Origin: Nemertoderma westbladi
Lineage: Eukaryota; Animalia; Xenacoelomorpha
Length of the DNA: 51,014 nt
Direction: 5' to 3'
NCBI GenBank assembly: GCA_032718475.1
Contig: JAUCBJ010006771.1
Coordinates: 1 to 51,014, forward strand
Made by a program: the position numbers and the translations under genes. Of this stretch, positions 46,705-51,014 are shown one piece after another; the first letter of the stretch is position 1; each line of letters begins with the position of its first letter. The notes below the pieces were generated by a model, which was not told where the DNA came from, ran no database searches, and worked only from the letters and a program-made list of their open reading frames with translations.

Positions 46705-46887
46705 TTAACACAACGAGGAAGCAGAAATCATCAACAACAAGGTTGTAAGGAGAGTAAGAAGAGATCTAACCCCAACGCCAGACACGTACCAAGGCGGGAT
46801 GCAAGTGTATTTACCATCGTCGTAAACGTAGTACAAATGGTTACCTTGAATAACGCATTCACAGCGTCCTTCTGCTCCTACCTTCAC
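46705..46887 (-). CDS. Candidate host terminal exon: Cys-containing segment plus hydrophobic C-terminus (GPI-signal-like)
   Basis: TTTTTAAG acceptor directly upstream; peptide GRCECVIQ...YTCIPPWYVSGVGVRSLLTLLTTLLLMISASSLC*. Confidence 0.4.
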   Translation of the reverse strand: MKVGAEGRCECVIQGNHLYYVYDDGKYTCIPPWYVSGVGVRSLLTLLTTLLLMISASSLC

Positions 46888-47700
46888 CTTAAAAAAGTTA
46901 TATTATTAATATTATTTTATTGACAATATGAAATAGTTGTAATGAATTAAAGAGCACCAAGTAACAACAACTAGTAGAATAGACAAGAATAGCAGTGGTG
47001 AAATTGTCGAGTTATACTGTAGCTGTCCAGAAATACTTAAAAAATAGGGAAGTAATTCAACTACTCTAATAGATACTAAGCTGTATAGGGTGGAGCATAT
47101 TGGAGCAGAAAAATGTTAGTAAATTATATATCGTATTTGGTATGTAAATAAATAAACAAGAAACTAATAATAATACAGGGCACTGATTTTCGCAGACTGT
47201 GCGGAAAATAATATACGAATTACACAGGTGGTTATGGTGTTTATAACTAATCTTAAAGTAAAAGTAAAGATAATTTTCTTCTGCCGTTACGCCAGGGATT
47301 ACGCAGAAAGTCTGACGACTTATTTCCCATGCGGACCCCTAGAACTTTACTCCCCAGAAACTAGTAAGTACTCATTTAGTTTCCACTTTTTTTTCTTTAC
47401 ATATTTCTTTAATTACGGGCAAACAGGACAAAGCCCTATATCCTGCCCTCACGGGTTTGTATATAATACACCACCAATAACATATTAAATATAATGATAT
47501 TAAATATAAATATATTATTACTGTACAGACTGATATTTGCAGCGCAGACACCCAGCTTGGGCGCCGGTGAATATCCCACCCGGCCACCCTCCTAACAGTC
47601 GAATCTAAGAGTAGGCTATATTCCACAATACCCAGTTACTAATGGGGGTAAGATAAGACAAACATAGCTAGATTAGTTCTACGAAATACAACAAATAAAT

Positions 47701-47933
47701 ATGAATAGTTATACTGTAGGGCTTACGTACAGTACATAATGATAGTACAGTTCCAACCAAAAGTCATTGCTCTCAATAATTATGAATAGTTATACTGTAG
47801 GGCCTACGTACATAATGATAGTACAGTTCCAACCAAAAGTCATTGCTCTCAATAATTATGAATAGTTATACTGTAGGGCCTACGTACATAATGATAGTAC
47901 AGTTCCAACCAAAAGTCATTGCTCTCAATAATT
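47701..47933. repeat. 76-bp tandem repeat, three copies
   Basis: ATGAATAGTTATACTGTAGGG starts at 47701, 47782 and 47858; the first copy has 5 extra bases. Confidence 0.93.
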
Positions 47934-47999
47934 TTTACTCAGTATATATTAGATATAATTTATTTGATCAGAAATATTAATTTGAAATTTAGTTTATTA

Positions 48000-48444
48000 A
48001 TTATAATTTGAACTGAAACTAAATCGTTTTTTGTCCATTACATATTTTGATACTGCATTTATTATAATTATTATGATCAGGTCTTTGCATTACTGGCCGT
48101 GTAGGATTGTTTTTAGGGTGATGGATAAGTTTAGTGAGTTTAATTTGTCGACTAGATTATGGCGGTGACTGCCGAATTCAGGGCAAGAAAAGAAAAAGTG
48201 GTGTGGTGTTTCCCGATCTAAGCAGCAGAACTCACACATAGGGTCATCAATTAAGTGCCTCTTAAACATATGGTCTGCAAGAAAACTAGGTTCCAGGCGA
48301 AGCTGGGCTAAGATAATCTGCACCATTCGTGTACCGGCATTAAAATTAGGATTGTCCTTTATAGTATTGGAGAGATTGTATTTAAGAAAATGTGGTAGTT
48401 TTGCCTGCATAATAGGGGAAAGTGAATTCCAGGAACTGGTTGTC
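48000..48444 (-). mobile_element. 3' fragment of a LINE ORF2 with a C-terminal Cys/His motif
   Basis: WNSL...LAQLRL..S.LADHMFKRHLIDDPMCEFCCLDRETPHHFFFSCPEF. Confidence 0.8.
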
Positions 48445-51014
48445 ACGACGTAATATATTCGAATATAGTTAAATAACTCTGGAAGCCCTGTGTTTTCTGA
48501 GTTGTAACACTGTGTACAAATTGGGAATAGTAACCCCAATTGTCTCACACTTTCTCAAGTCACTGGCACTGTCTCCTCGAAAGTTATAACCTTTTAACTG
48601 GTTCTGTAGGAAGTAACATGAAAAAACGCCGCTTATAGCCTAAAAACACACTACGACGTATTATATTCGAATATAGTTAAATAACTCTGGAAGCCCTGTG
48701 TTTTCTGAGTTGTAACACTGTGTACAAATTGGGAATAGTAACCCCAATTGTCTCACACTTTCTCAAGTCACTGGCACTGTCTCCTCGAAAGTTATAACCT
48801 TTTAACTGGTTCTGTAGGAAGTAACATGAAAAAACGCCGCTTATAGCCTAAAAACACACTACGACGTAATATATTCGAATATAGTTAAATAACTCTGGAA
48901 GCCCTGTGTTTTCTGAGTTGTAACACTGTGTACAAATTGGGAATAGTAACCCCAATTGTCTCACACTTTCTCAAGTCACTGGCACTGTCTCGTCGAAAGT
49001 TATAACCTTTTAACTGGTTCTGTAGGAAGTAACATGAAAAAACGCCGCTTATAGCCTAAAAACACACTACGACGTATTATATTCGAATATAGTTAAATAA
49101 CTCTGGAAGCCCTGTGTTTTCTGAGTTGTAACACTGTGTACAAATTGGGAATAGTAACCCCAATTGTCTCACACTTTCTCAAGTCACTGGCACTGTCTCC
49201 TCGAAAGTTATAAACTTTTAACTGGTTCTGTAGGAAGTAACTTGAAAAAACGCCGCTTATAGCCTAAAAACACTACGACGTATTATATTCGAATATAGTT
49301 AAATAACTCTGGAAGCCCTGTGTTTTCTGAGTTGTAACACTGTGTACAAATTGGGAATAGTAACCCCAATTATCTCACACTTTCTCAAGTCACTGGCACT
49401 GTCTCCTCGAAAGTTATAACCTTTTAACTGGTTCTGTAGGAAGTAACATGAAAAAACGCCGCTTATAGCCTAAAAACACACTACGACGTAATATATTCGA
49501 ATATAGTTAAATAACTCTGGAAGCCCTGTGTTTTCTGAGTTGTAACACTGTGTACAAATTGGGAATAGTAACCCCAATTGTCTCACACTTTCTCAAGTCA
49601 CTGGCACTGTCTCGTCGAAAGTTATAACCTTTTAACTGGTTCTGTAGGAAGTAACATGAAAAAACGCCGCTTATAGCCTAAAAACACACTACGACGTATT
49701 ATATTCGAATATAGTTAAATAACTCTGGAAGCCCTGTGTTTTCTGAGTTGTAACACTGTGTACAAATTGGGAATAGTAACCCCAATTGTCTCACACTTTC
49801 TCAAGTCACTGGCACTGTCTCCTCGAAAGTTATAACCTTTTAACTGGTTCTGTAGGAAGTAACATGAAAAAACGCCGCTTATAGCCTAAAAACACACTAC
49901 GACGTAATATATTCGAATATAGTTAAATAACTCTGGAAGCCCTGTGTTTTCTGAGTTGTAACACTGTGTACAAATTGGGAATAGTAACCCCAATTGTCTC
50001 ACACTTTCTCAAGTCACTGGCACTGTCTCCTCGAAAGTTATAACCTTTTAACTGGTTCTGTAGGAAGTAACATGAAAAAACGCCGCTTATAGCCTAAAAA
50101 CACACTACGACGTAATATATTCGAATATAGTTAAATAACTCTGGAAGTCCTGTGTTTTCTGAGTTGTAACACTGTGTACAAATTGGGAATAGTAACCCCA
50201 ATTGTCTCACACTTTCTCAAGTCACTGGCACTGTCTCCTCGAAAGTTATAACCTTTTAACTGGTTCTGTAGGAAGTAACATGAAAAAACGCCGCTTATAG
50301 CCTAAAAACACACTACGACGTATTATATTCGAATATAGTTGAATAACTCTGGAAGCCCTGTTTTTTCTGAGTTGTAACACTGTGTACAAATTGGGAATAG
50401 TAACCCCAATTGTCTCACACTTTCTCAAGTCACTGGCACTGTCTCCTCGAAAGTTATAACCTTTTAACTGGTTCTGTAGGAAGTAACATGAAAAAACGCC
50501 GCTTATAGCCTAAAAACACACTACGACGTAATATATTCGAATATAGTTAAATAACTCTGGAAGCCCTGTGTTTTCTGAGTTGTAACACTGTGTACAAATT
50601 GGGAATAGTAACCCCAATTGTCTCACACTTTCTCAAGTCACTGGCACTGTCTCGTCGAAAGTTATAACCTTTTAACTGGTTCTGTAGGAAGTAACATGAA
50701 AAAACGCCGCTTATAGCCTAAAAACACACTACGACGTATTATATTCGAATATAGTTAAATAACTCTGGAAGCCCTGTGTTTTCTGAGTTGTAACACTGTG
50801 TACAAATTGGGAATAGTAACCCCAATTGTCTCACACTTTCTCAAGTCACTGGCACTGTCTCCTCGAAAGTTATAACCTTTTAACTGGTTCTGTAGGAAGT
50901 AACATGAAAAAACGCCGCTTATAGCCTAAAAACACACTACGACGTATTATATTCGAATATAGTTAAATAACTCTGGAAGCCCTGTGTTTTCTGAGTTGTA
51001 ACACTGTGTACAAA
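48445..51014. repeat. 208-bp satellite, more than 12 copies, running off the window
   Basis: ACGACGTA recurs at 48445, 48653, 48861, 49069 and onward; copies are near-identical. Confidence 0.97.

Overview
Repeat-saturated eukaryotic DNA, probably from an invertebrate animal. It is almost entirely transposable elements and satellites, and nearly all coding elements lie on the minus strand. From left to right: a near-full-length CR1/L2-group LINE with a PHD-finger ORF1; a 153-bp tandem array interrupted by a MITE; a decayed Helitron/Helentron Rep fragment; an orphan coiled-coil ORF cut off by an ~8.3-kb (CAGT)n satellite; a decayed Gypsy element; an RTE LINE; a tRNA-derived SINE; a triple nest (TTAA-flanked Kolobok-like DNA element > full-length BEL/Pao LTR retrotransposon > L2/Crack-like LINE); possible host terminal exons; and a 208-bp satellite apparently derived from LINE ORF2. 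The standout is the BEL/Pao element. Between integrase and the 3' LTR (the env position) it carries an intronless, diverged 20S proteasome alpha-7 (PSMA3/Pre10-type) gene, bracketed by a relic PPT-like tract and the functional PPT. This suggests an LTR retrotransposon lineage with captured proteasome cargo, although this copy is disrupted. Family calls come from recognising motifs by eye; no searches were run.
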